In this document: positions 46,396 to 55,416 of the stretch, in pieces
Layout: each line of letters begins with the position of its first letter
Numbering within the stretch: position 1 is the first letter of the stretch
Made by a program: the position numbers and the translations under genes
From: Nitrospinaceae bacterium
GTDB lineage: Bacteria > Nitrospinota_A > UBA7883 > JAJDBK01
NCBI GenBank assembly: GCA_029261405.1
Contig: JAJDBK010000076.1
Coordinates: 132 to 64,131, forward strand
Direction of reading: 5' to 3'
Length of the DNA: 64,000 bases
The notes under the pieces: generated by a model
Databases searched by the model: none
What the model saw: the letters and a program-made list of their open reading frames with translations, nothing else
Told to the model about the DNA's origin: nothing

Positions 46396-47834
46396 TCTGG
46401 TTGTAGCAGAAACAACGTGTCGTGGATCTTTTTGATACGTCGGTCCTCACCAACGGCGGCCCCCTCTTTTCCCCTGATGGCGTATTCGTAGATCACAGCC
46501 TTATGCGGATGGTGTTTCCTGATTAAGGACCGTTTCCATTTTCGCGCATAGATAATTTTTGCGGTCGATGGCAAAAGTCCGGCCCGCTCCCATACATGGA
46601 ATGTTCCGTTGCCGTAATACTGGCTCAAGAATATTAGAGTGTTGTCATGATCGGGAAGGTAGTTGCGAATGGCGTTGAGGTTTTTTCTCTCCCGCTCCTG
46701 TTCCGCTGTCAGGCGAAGGTTGTCGAAGGTTGGCAATTTCACGAACCGGGACACCGTTTCGGAGAAAGCCACGTTATTGTAATTGAGAATGGTGAAGGCG
46801 TTTATCAAGGTGAAGAGAACAAGAGCGGCGCTTCTTTTCCGGCTTCCCAAACCGGAGAGATAGACGGCGATGGGGAGGGCGAGAAGTGGAGCAACGGCAA
46901 TGTAATACCGGATATTCGGCCCGGTCCCTTCGTAATAAATGATTGGCCCCACAAATATCAACAATACAAGCGACCACTCAAGTCTGTATGGATAAGATCG
47001 CCTGATAAATAGCGTCGGCGCCAGAACGGAGTAAGCAAGTGTCAGGAAAACCAGCAGGTACCCGGTGTTGCTCGCCAGAATAGCGATCCGGTCCCGCCCT
47101 TGCAAAAAATTGTGTTTATTGGTCCCCATGTTGAATGTAGGAACAAGGCCGTTCTGGGCGGCGATTATCACACCCGATAACACCAGAAGGAAAAACAACG
47201 ACACCAGAAGGTTAATCCGCGACTCGCTCAACCCGCCCCTTCTCATAAAAATAAATAACCCACCCAAGGGTAACAGAATCAATCCGTGATGTTTCACCCA
47301 GACAGCCAGCACGACAAGAAGGGCGAAGATCGGCCCGTCATACAGCAACGCCGTCCGCGATGTGGCCCGATCAAGAAAGATCATTGCCCATAAAAACAGG
47401 AGCGCGAACAGAGTGTCCTGATACCCGGACATAAACTGGTAGAAAACAAGAGGGTTGAAAACCGTTATGAAGGTCGCCACAGCCATCAGCCGCGAATCGC
47501 AACCGAGCCTCTTGAGAAAAACCGGAACCGTGACCACCCACAACGATGTCCAGAAGAGCGAGGACAATTTTAATCCCGTATTGACACCGAAAAGAGATGC
47601 GAACGGATACGAGACTATGGGAAAACCGAGCGGTTTATTTCGAGCGTACTCTATCGATCCGAGTATACCGTAACTGTCGATGGCCTGTATAATCCGGGCG
47701 TAGATAACGCTGTTGCGCACTATCGGCGTTTCGATATTCACCAGAGTAAACGCGATGCCGAGAAGAATAAAACCGGCCACAAATATGGTCGTGGATTTTT
47801 CTCTCGTCATGAACGAACTGTTCTGGTCCAGCAT
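46392..47834 (-). CDS. polytopic membrane glycosyltransferase, GT39/GT83-like (PMT/ArnT family)
   Basis: 480 aa with >10 TM helices. The N-terminal loop with ...ARIIQAIDSYG... and the overall architecture resemble ArnT/PMT-type transferases. The assignment is by pattern only. Confidence 0.55.
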   Translation of the reverse strand: MLDQNSSFMTREKSTTIFVAGFILLGIAFTLVNIETPIVRNSVIYARIIQAIDSYGILGSIEYARNKPLGFPIVSYPFASLFGVNTGLKLSSLFWTSLWVVTVPVFLKRLGCDSRLMAVATFITVFNPLVFYQFMSGYQDTLFALLFLWAMIFLDRATSRTALLYDGPIFALLVVLAVWVKHHGLILLPLGGLFIFMRRGGLSESRINLLVSLFFLLVLSGVIIAAQNGLVPTFNMGTNKHNFLQGRDRIAILASNTGYLLVFLTLAYSVLAPTLFIRRSYPYRLEWSLVLLIFVGPIIYYEGTGPNIRYYIAVAPLLALPIAVYLSGLGSRKRSAALVLFTLINAFTILNYNNVAFSETVSRFVKLPTFDNLRLTAEQERERKNLNAIRNYLPDHDNTLIFLSQYYGNGTFHVWERAGLLPSTAKIIYARKWKRSLIRKHHPHKAVIYEYAIRGKEGAAVGEDRRIKKIHDTLFLLQPD

Positions 47835-48469
47835 GTGTAGGCGGCCACAAGAAACATCAGTTCCGCAAGGACTTTGAAAATGTCTTCGGCTATAGAAAGA
47901 AGTGTGTGAAAATCCCGCTCAGAAATGATATCGCGCCGGTTGGTAAGAGCGTCGAACAGTACCATCAGGACGAGCAATAGAACCCCGCCGATCAAAGGTC
48001 GCAAGCCATCGATGTATGGCCATAGCCTCCCACGAAACCGGATAAATAGTGTAAGTCCCACGACTCCGTAAAAAAGAATCAGCATATCGTCGAGCCGGTC
48101 CGTAATAGCTGTCTCTTTTAATCCGAAAACTTTGTGGATGAAAAAATCAGCGTTTTCATGGATTTCCATCGTCTCGTCGAAAGCCAGAAAGAGGAAACCT
48201 GCTGACATAAGAGCCCAGATAATCGAACCTGCGGGATGTAACGACTCCACAGAATCGGCCAGTTTCTCTTTTTCGTATACAATCCAGCAGAAGAGGGATA
48301 TCGCCACAAGGTTGAAAGACGAAAGAAACGTTACAACCTCACCTTCGGTAAAGTAACGTTTTGAATGTCCTTCCGAGTAACCTGCGATAATAGCCCCTGT
48401 CAGAACTGCAAGGTTGAGGGTGAGGGCAAGCGTAGGGAAACTAATTGTATTTGGTTTCATAACTGCCAC
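47807..48469 (-). CDS. hypothetical integral membrane protein (about 6 TM)
   Basis: Hydrophobic segments throughout. Its 3-prime end overlaps the start of the GT39-like gene by 28 nt. Confidence 0.35.
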   Translation of the reverse strand: MAVMKPNTISFPTLALTLNLAVLTGAIIAGYSEGHSKRYFTEGEVVTFLSSFNLVAISLFCWIVYEKEKLADSVESLHPAGSIIWALMSAGFLFLAFDETMEIHENADFFIHKVFGLKETAITDRLDDMLILFYGVVGLTLFIRFRGRLWPYIDGLRPLIGGVLLLVLMVLFDALTNRRDIISERDFHTLLSIAEDIFKVLAELMFLVAAYTCWTRTVRS

Positions 48470-48517
48470 ACCAATTTTGTAAATTTGTTATCATCTTCGG
48501 TTATTTAATATAACGGA

Positions 48518-48817
48518 ATGGATATGGACCCGTCACGTTTGATTTTCTACCGGATTCTGGGGTTGGTGGCCATAGTACGGCTTGTCATCATGCTAATCCG
48601 CGAGATGAAGGGTCGCAGTTGGGACAAGGCGCGCAACCTGGGCTGGTACAAAGAGACCTACCCTAACCTTGCAGGCGATGGGTGGGTGGCCTGTTTTTCC
48701 TGCTCCGGCAAAAATATTCATATCCGGGATACGATTACAACAACGAAGGCAGTGCTAAACAGCCACATATGCCAGCATTGTGGAACAGAATTATACCGCT
48801 CCGTTACTCCGAAGTAG
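48518..48817 (+). CDS. hypothetical small membrane-anchored zinc-ribbon protein
   Basis: N-terminal TM (LIFYRILGLVAIVRLVIMLI) then CFSCSGK...CQHCGTELY (CxxC...CxxC). Confidence 0.3.
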   Translation: MDMDPSRLIFYRILGLVAIVRLVIMLIREMKGRSWDKARNLGWYKETYPNLAGDGWVACFSCSGKNIHIRDTITTTKAVLNSHICQHCGTELYRSVTPK

Positions 48818-49913
48818 ACTGGCTCAGAAAAGTATCGATACACTTTGATAGCGATTCCTTGAACGCCTCTTTGGAAAACCGCCCGGCATGGGCGCTTATC
48901 CTTGCCTGATCGAATCTCTCGTAAGACGCCGTAAACATAACCACAGCGTCGACAAGATCCTGGGTGGTCTGATTTTTAAAAAAAAGACCCGTTACGCCTG
49001 GTACGACAGTCTCCAGAGCGCCCCCCTTGCCATAAGCTATCACCGGTGTTCCACACGCCATCGCTTCCACAGGTGTGATACCGAAATCCTCCTCACCCGG
49101 AAACAGAAGCGCTTTCGCGCCCCGGTATAGGTCCCGAATACGTTCATCCGATACGGCGCCCTCAAATGTGACATTCGGACCTGCCAAACCTTTCAACCGT
49201 TTTTCATCCTCCCCCGACCCGACAACGACCAGTGGGAAACCGGCTCTCATAGAAGCCTCAATGGCAATCTCCACCTTTTTGTACGGAGCGAAAGCCGAGA
49301 CCACCAGATAATAATCACCTTTTGTTACGTTATGGTCGGGAGTGAAAAATTCTGTATCCGCAGGGGGGTGTACCACATCCGCTGAAGCGTTATAAATCCT
49401 GCCGATCCGCTCCTTGACGTAGTGCGAGTTAGCGACGAAACGATCAACTCGTGAAGCCGTTGCGATATCCCACTTGCGAAGATATGGCATCAGGCGCCCT
49501 ATGGCAAAAGAGACCATTGCGGGGAAACGATCCTTATTAAAATAACTTTCGTACATATCCCAGGCGTAACGCATCGGGGTGTGGCAGTAGCAGATATGGG
49601 GAGCGCCGCCGGTTATGACACCTTTCACAACACAATGAGAAGATGAAATCACCAGATCGTAACCGGAAAGATCGAGCGACTCCACAGCTTTTGGCATGAG
49701 AGGCAGGTACCACCTGTATTTGCTCTTTATTAAAGGCGCGTGTTGCAGAAAGGATGTGTATATTTTACGATCCTCGATCAGGTCTGATACCGAACCTTTG
49801 ATATGGAGCAGTGTATAAAGATCGGCTGTCGGATAGAGCTCGCACATCGCTTCCAGTACTTTTTCTCCACCCCGCATCCCGGTGAGCCAGTCGTGCGCCA
49901 GCGCTACTTTCAA
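48804..49913 (-). CDS. GT4/GT1-family glycosyltransferase
   Basis: MKVALAHDWLTGMRGGEKVL and a C-terminal GT-B E-x7-E region (FPGEEDFGITPVEAMACGTPVIA). Confidence 0.75.
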   Translation of the reverse strand: MKVALAHDWLTGMRGGEKVLEAMCELYPTADLYTLLHIKGSVSDLIEDRKIYTSFLQHAPLIKSKYRWYLPLMPKAVESLDLSGYDLVISSSHCVVKGVITGGAPHICYCHTPMRYAWDMYESYFNKDRFPAMVSFAIGRLMPYLRKWDIATASRVDRFVANSHYVKERIGRIYNASADVVHPPADTEFFTPDHNVTKGDYYLVVSAFAPYKKVEIAIEASMRAGFPLVVVGSGEDEKRLKGLAGPNVTFEGAVSDERIRDLYRGAKALLFPGEEDFGITPVEAMACGTPVIAYGKGGALETVVPGVTGLFFKNQTTQDLVDAVVMFTASYERFDQARISAHAGRFSKEAFKESLSKCIDTFLSQSTSE

Positions 49914-50974
49914 ACCATCACCTCCTCGTAAACCCGCAATGTTTCTCGCGCCGCCTTCTCCCAGCTAAACTGTTTTATACGCTCGCGACCTTTATCAACC
50001 AGTTCTTTTCTGAAACCTTGGTCGAGCGATATTTTCTTTAAAGCCTCAGCCATTGCCGGGTAGTCGTCCGGGTCAACCAATATTGCGGCATCACCAGTAA
50101 CCTCCGGGATCGAAGAGCGGTTAGACGCTACCACCACACTTTGGCAGGCCATAGCCTCTAAAGGTGGAAGACCAAAACCCTCCAGGTATGAAGGAAATAG
50201 AAGAGCGGTCGCCCCGGTGTAGAGCGCTTCCATCTCACCTTTTTCAAGCCGGTTTAAAAAGCGGACATCACCGGCTACTTCATCAAAAAGGCTCTTGTCA
50301 TCTACCCTGCCGACGATCACAAACCGGGCTACCTCCCCCATAAGTTTCATCGTATTCGCTACGGCTTTGAGGTTTTTGTGAGGTCGGTCGGAGCCTACAA
50401 AAAGGAAATAGCCCGATGATAGATTCATTTTCGCCAAAACTTCGTCAAGTTCTCCATCGGCTGTTTTTCTGAAATCACCACCGCCGTTTAGAACAACCCT
50501 GATCTTGTCAGCCGGTGTATTCATTCTTTGCATCAGTTCTTTTTTTGTCGTTTCCGAGACTACAATAACCTTCCCGGCTTTTTTTACGGCCTTCTTAATC
50601 ATCCACTGGGCGTAAGCCTTGCGGTGACAACGCAGGCTATCGTCCTGTAGGTGGATCAAGTCATGAACTGTAACGACCGACCTGCATTTAGTGCGCAACG
50701 GCAGTGTGTAGTGAGGTGAATGGAACAGGTCGATCTTATGTTCTGTCGCTTTGGCCGGTAACGAAAAATGCTCCCACACAGAATATTTACCAGCCTTCTC
50801 CACAACCTTCGTGACCCGATTTTCCGGGTAGTAAAACTCCTTCTCTTCCCCCGGAGCGAAGAAAAGGACGTAGTGGTGGCTCTTATCGACCAGGAGAAGG
50901 TTTTTCACGAGATTGTCTATGTGTCGGCCTATTCCTGTATCCTTGATTTTTCTTACGTCTACGCCTATCCTCAT
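49910..50974 (-). CDS. GT4/GT1-family glycosyltransferase
   Basis: MRIGVDVRKI...GIGRH and C-terminus FPSYLEGFGLPPLEAMACQSVVVASN. There is a 4-nt overlap with the downstream GT4. Confidence 0.75.
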   Translation of the reverse strand: MRIGVDVRKIKDTGIGRHIDNLVKNLLLVDKSHHYVLFFAPGEEKEFYYPENRVTKVVEKAGKYSVWEHFSLPAKATEHKIDLFHSPHYTLPLRTKCRSVVTVHDLIHLQDDSLRCHRKAYAQWMIKKAVKKAGKVIVVSETTKKELMQRMNTPADKIRVVLNGGGDFRKTADGELDEVLAKMNLSSGYFLFVGSDRPHKNLKAVANTMKLMGEVARFVIVGRVDDKSLFDEVAGDVRFLNRLEKGEMEALYTGATALLFPSYLEGFGLPPLEAMACQSVVVASNRSSIPEVTGDAAILVDPDDYPAMAEALKKISLDQGFRKELVDKGRERIKQFSWEKAARETLRVYEEVMV

Positions 50975-51092
50975 CGCTCTGTTTTTTTGTTTTCTCCGGG
51001 TGCGATTGTATCACCGGTTATTGTGGCAATAGAGTTTTAAGTCAAACTGATATAATTGGTGGGTTGTAGACAATTTATCGTAAAAGAGAAGT

Positions 51093-51692
51093 ATGAGTGA
51101 CGAAAACGACTGGTTACACAAGTGGTACCGGTTGCACGACCGTTTCGACAAGATCAAGAAACGTGTAAGGAAATCCTTGCCGGGAAAGCACAACCTGCAG
51201 GATAGCGGCGCTCATCGCCTGTTCGGCCCTACGCTTTTCAAACCTGAGCTGTGGAGTTTTAAAGCTGAACCGTTGGCGCGCGGACTTGCCATAGGTATGT
51301 TCGTCGCCTTCACTCCCACCCTCGGATTCCAGATGGCTATCTCCTGCTTTATTCTTCTGCTGATTCCTGGCAACCTCCCTATCGCCATTGCGGTCTGCTG
51401 GATTACAAATCCCGCCACAGCGGCGCCGATCTATTACGCCGAATACAGGGTGGGGGAGTGGATATATTCCATATTCGGCGTGACACCGGCTGAGTCTTTC
51501 GATCAGGGATTCACTGTTGACAGTATGTTCGACGCCGCAGGCGCTCTCTGGGTCGGGTCGATAGTAGTAAGCGCAATACTGGCTGTGGCGAGTTATTTCC
51601 TTTTGTTCGGATTTATCTACCTGGAAAGAAAAACCCGTTTTGGGAAACATCTTCATTTCCGACGCAAAAGACCCGGAAACAGGAAAAAGTAA
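51093..51692 (+). CDS. DUF2062-family membrane protein
   Basis: RGLAIGMFVAFTPTLGFQMAISCFILLLIPGNLPIAIAVCWITNP pattern, as I recall for DUF2062. These proteins are often found beside glycosyltransferases. Confidence 0.55.
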   Translation: MSDENDWLHKWYRLHDRFDKIKKRVRKSLPGKHNLQDSGAHRLFGPTLFKPELWSFKAEPLARGLAIGMFVAFTPTLGFQMAISCFILLLIPGNLPIAIAVCWITNPATAAPIYYAEYRVGEWIYSIFGVTPAESFDQGFTVDSMFDAAGALWVGSIVVSAILAVASYFLLFGFIYLERKTRFGKHLHFRRKRPGNRKK

Positions 51693-51762
51693 CCCTTTTG
51701 TTTTCTCCAATCGCGTTATAAAATCAACATTTTATGTTTCTTCACTATTAAAGGCTCGAAAA

Positions 51763-52317
51763 ATGGGACTTCCGCAAACCAGCACTCTTGATTTCGTGAA
51801 AATATTCTCCAAAGGTATTCGTGACATGTTCGCAAGTAGCGCCGGGATAAATGTGGAGGTGGCAAGGTCAGCCATGCGCGTTACCGGAGTTCAGGTCGCA
51901 GGCGACATCGGGGCGTTTGTCGCGTTTAAAGGGGATTATAACGGCATTATGATCCTTAATTTTGAAGGTGGCGCCGCCCTGGAACTGGTTGCCGCTTACC
52001 TGACCCACCTTGGACTGCCGCCGGAGGATGTGCCTACCACGTTTCAGAACGACGACGTTCGTAACAACATCGGCGAGATAACAAACCAGATCATTGGTAA
52101 AAACAGGACAATGGTACAAGACATACTCGACCTCTCCGCCAGAGCCAACATTCCGGCTGTGGTGCCCATAACCATCCCGATCGCCCTGCAGATGGTATCT
52201 AAAGAGCCGGGAGAATTCGAATGTATACGGGTATCGTTCACCACACCGAAACGTAACAAGTTTTACATGGAAGTCGCTATGGAACAGCTCAAGGTGGAGA
52301 CGCTCAAGCTCGACTAG
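51763..52317 (+). CDS. CheC/CheX-family (CheY-P phosphatase-like) protein
   Basis: NIGEITNQIIGKN...P fits the E-x2-N-x22/23-P active-site pattern of CheC/CheX. The ATG at 51763 is preferred over the upstream extension that overlaps DUF2062. Confidence 0.45.
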   Translation: MGLPQTSTLDFVKIFSKGIRDMFASSAGINVEVARSAMRVTGVQVAGDIGAFVAFKGDYNGIMILNFEGGAALELVAAYLTHLGLPPEDVPTTFQNDDVRNNIGEITNQIIGKNRTMVQDILDLSARANIPAVVPITIPIALQMVSKEPGEFECIRVSFTTPKRNKFYMEVAMEQLKVETLKLD

Positions 52318-52346
52318 CCCCAATAATCACATTCCCGATAAAGAAT

Positions 52347-53390
52347 ATGGACCAGGAGAAGATCAGGCTGACAAGGTTAGCCCAGTCAGGTGGTTGAGGG
52401 TCGAAGTTGGGTCCGTCGGATCTGCGTCGCGCGCTCACCGGTATCGCCCCTTTCACCGACCCTGCAATGCTCTACGGGTTTGGTCCGGGGGACGATACAG
52501 GTGCGTACAAGCTCTCGGACGACCTTGTTATAGTGCAGAGCGTAGATTTCTTCACACCTGTGGTGGACGATCCTTACCTGTTTGGCCAGATCGCGGCGGC
52601 CAACGCTCTTTCAGACCTATACGCAACGGGGGCAAGACCTGTATCCGCCCTCAACATTCTGGCCTTTCCAACGGCTCTCGGCATGGAGACAGCCTCAATG
52701 ATACTGCGTGGTGGAGCGGAAAAGGTCCGGGAGGCTGGCGCGGCGCTCCTCGGAGGCCACAGTGTTGCCGACAAGGAGCCGAAATACGGTCTTGCGGTGA
52801 CAGGCGTAGTTGATCCGGCCCGTATGGTAACTATCAAAGGAGCGAAACCGGGGGACGCTGTAATCCTTACATCGAAAATCGGAACCGGTATTATCACCAG
52901 CATGAAAAGAAATGACAGTTTTGTTTCAGTCGAAGATTACACAGAGATGACGGATGCAATGGCGAAACTTAACAATGTCGCAGGGGCGGTCATGTCTCGA
53001 TTTCCAGTAACCTCGTGCACCGATGTCACCGGATTCGGACTGCTTGGTCATGCGATGAATATCGCCGAAGCCTCCGATGTAAATATCTCTATCTCGTGCA
53101 AAGAAGTTCCTCGTTACAGAGGCGCCCTTGAAAACGCCTTGCAACATACTAAAGGTGGAGGTGAGCGGAACCACTCATGGATAGAAAACTCGTTAAACCG
53201 CTCAACAGATGTGGAGGAGGCGTCTGTTATGCTGTTTTGCGACCCCCAGACATCGGGTGGTCTGCTGATTACCGTCCCGGAGAAAACCGCATCGGCTCTA
53301 CTGAACGCTCTCAAAGGCGATGGCGAAACAGACTCGGCCATCATCGGCCATGTGTCGCGCGGACCGACTGGCATCTCCCTCCTGCCGTAA
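52347..53390 (+). CDS. selD: selenide, water dikinase (selenophosphate synthetase), selenocysteine-containing form
   Basis: ATG at 52347 gives MDQEKIRLTRLAQSGG-U-GSKLGPSDL... with an in-frame TGA at 52395-52397. This aligns with E. coli SelD [12 protein letters not shown]17-GCKISPKVL. The downstream AIR-synthase-like body (DFFTPVVDDPYLFGQIAAANALSDLYATGARP) is canonical. The ORF track shows only the part after the TGA. Confidence 0.8.
52395..52397 (+). other. in-frame UGA predicted to encode selenocysteine in SelD
   Basis: Position aligns exactly with the catalytic Cys/Sec of SelD. The upstream 16 codons in the same frame show strong SelD N-terminal similarity. Confidence 0.7.
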
Positions 53391-53396
53391 TCTGCA

Positions 53397-54080
53397 ATGC
53401 TAAAGCGGATAATAAACTCCTATATCGCTCCAGCTCTCATTTATCCGCTTATATACTCAATTCTGGTCACCCTGCGCCTTACTGAAAAAGGGAAAGAGCA
53501 TGAAAAAAAAGCTCTTGCCGAAGGAAAGCCCCTCATATATACCTTCTGGCACAGCAGACTCCTCTATTTTCCCCACTACTACAGGAAAACATCACACGAC
53601 CTGAAAATCCTGATAAGTCCCAGTGTGGACGGGGAGATAATCACCAGGATAGCGACATTTTACGGTTTCGGCGCCATTCGGGGATCAAGCTTCAAGCAGG
53701 CGCGTAAGGCGTTTATGGCCTTGAAAAAAAGCATCCTGGACGGTTTTTCCGTAGGTCTTGTCGCGGATGGCTCACGGGGGCCGAGCGAGGTTTTTCAACC
53801 CGGCTCCCTTATGTTGTCGAAACTTACCGGTTCCGCCGTAATCCCTTTGACAGTCTCTTATTCCTCTTTCTGGACCTTGAAAACATGGGACCGGACGATG
53901 ATCCCGAAACCGTTTAGCGATGTCGTGGTAATATATGGAAAGCCTGTGACCTGCCCAAAAAACGCTGATTCAGACGACCTTGAACGGCTCAGGGCGACTC
54001 TTGGTGAAAACCTTTCACGCATCACAGGCGAAGCGGACAGTTTTTTCAATAATAATAGCGCTAAACCACAACATACATGA
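53397..54080 (+). CDS. DUF374-family lysophospholipid acyltransferase-like protein (often fused or adjacent to Kdo transferase)
   Basis: LIYTFWHSRLLYFPHYY...LISPSVDGEIITRIATFYGFGAIRGSS...GLVADGSRGP pattern typical of DUF374. Confidence 0.6.
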   Translation: MLKRIINSYIAPALIYPLIYSILVTLRLTEKGKEHEKKALAEGKPLIYTFWHSRLLYFPHYYRKTSHDLKILISPSVDGEIITRIATFYGFGAIRGSSFKQARKAFMALKKSILDGFSVGLVADGSRGPSEVFQPGSLMLSKLTGSAVIPLTVSYSSFWTLKTWDRTMIPKPFSDVVVIYGKPVTCPKNADSDDLERLRATLGENLSRITGEADSFFNNNSAKPQHT

Positions 54081-54129
54081 CACCTCAAATGATTTTACAA
54101 CAACATATAGATATCAAGGCGATGTTACC

Positions 54130-55416
54130 TTGAATCGGGTGATTCGTGGGCTTTATCGTCAGGCGACACGTCCGCTATTTCTCCTCTACTCCCCTTTTTT
54201 GCTTTTCAGGCTCTTCACACGCCCCGAATACAGGAAAGGTATACGGCAACGCCTCGGATACGAGCTTCCGGAAATCGCTCCAGGCTCGATCTGGATTCAC
54301 GCGGTCTCGGTGGGCGAAGTCATAACCGCTGTCCGCCTTGTCAGAGAATTTAATGAAAAATCAGTTCCTGTTATCTTAAGCGTAACAACACCAACAGGTT
54401 ACGATGTCGCCATTTCGAAGTTGTCGGGCCATGCGACCATAATTCATTTCCCCATCGACCTTCCCGGAGCGGTAAAAAGGAGCGTGAGAGGGATAAAACC
54501 GTCTCTTCTGGTAACTATCGACACCGAAATATGGCCCAATGCCATCTGGGAAGTAAAAAAGAGTGGCGCCGCCGTAGCCATCGTCAACGGCAGGATATCG
54601 GATCGCTCCTACCCCCGCTATAAACGGTTAAATTTTCTATTTAAAGAAGCCCTTGAGAGTGTCGATCTGCTCCTTATGCAAAGTGACGCTGATGTAAACC
54701 GCATAATAAATATCGGCGCCAATCCGACTTCGGTCTTTAACTTGGGTAATATAAAATTCGACTCGGAAAACCTGGATGAGACTGAAAAACCGACAAGGCT
54801 CGATCTGCGAAAGTCTCTCGGAATCGGCCCCGATGAGCAGGTAATAATGCTTGGAAGTCTGCATGAAGGGGAGGATCAGGCCATAACCTCGGCTATTCAC
54901 GCCATTAAAAAGAAGGGCTCTGGTCGGCTTGTCATCGCTCCTCGCAGAATAGAGAATATCGACTGGATCACAAATATCCTTGAAAAAGAAGGTTTTATAG
55001 CTGAACGAAGGAGCGGGGCAAACCCGAATCCCGATGTTCGACCCGATCTGGTTCCGGTCATAGATACGTTCGGCGAGTTAGGGCTTCTCTACAGCGTGGC
55101 GGACATTGTGTTTACCGGGGGAAGCCTGATCGATCATGGAGGGCAGAATCCGCTCGAACCTGCCAGCCATGCTATCGCGCCAATATTCGGCCCGAACATG
55201 TGCAATTTCAGTTCAGCGGTAAAAGCGTTGCTGGAAGTGGATGGCGCGTGGCAGGTGGGAAGTAGCGAAGAATTGCCGGAGCTATTCAATTCACTTTTGT
55301 TAAACAAGAAAAAAAGGGGAAAGCATGGTCAGGCCGCGTTGGAAGTGGTGATGAAAAACAGGGGTGTCACAAAAAGAGTCGCCGAACGACTGATGAAACT
55401 TATAGAACAGCCATGA
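54130..55416 (+). CDS. waaA: 3-deoxy-D-manno-octulosonic acid (Kdo) transferase
   Basis: RPEYRKGIRQRLGYELPE...IWIHAVSVGEV..A..LV N-terminal signature and a C-terminal GT-B domain. The start is uncertain (candidates TTG 54130 or GTG 54139). The ORF in the track extends upstream into the DUF374 gene. Confidence 0.75.
   Translation: MNRVIRGLYRQATRPLFLLYSPFLLFRLFTRPEYRKGIRQRLGYELPEIAPGSIWIHAVSVGEVITAVRLVREFNEKSVPVILSVTTPTGYDVAISKLSGHATIIHFPIDLPGAVKRSVRGIKPSLLVTIDTEIWPNAIWEVKKSGAAVAIVNGRISDRSYPRYKRLNFLFKEALESVDLLLMQSDADVNRIINIGANPTSVFNLGNIKFDSENLDETEKPTRLDLRKSLGIGPDEQVIMLGSLHEGEDQAITSAIHAIKKKGSGRLVIAPRRIENIDWITNILEKEGFIAERRSGANPNPDVRPDLVPVIDTFGELGLLYSVADIVFTGGSLIDHGGQNPLEPASHAIAPIFGPNMCNFSSAVKALLEVDGAWQVGSSEELPELFNSLLLNKKKRGKHGQAALEVVMKNRGVTKRVAERLMKLIEQP

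Noticed and set aside
52394-52813. 139-aa ORF (52394-52813) in another frame overlapping selD
   Set aside because: It is a shadow ORF in a different frame from the well-supported selD reading frame. Its Arg/Gly/Pro-rich product is typical of an out-of-frame translation of GC-rich coding sequence.
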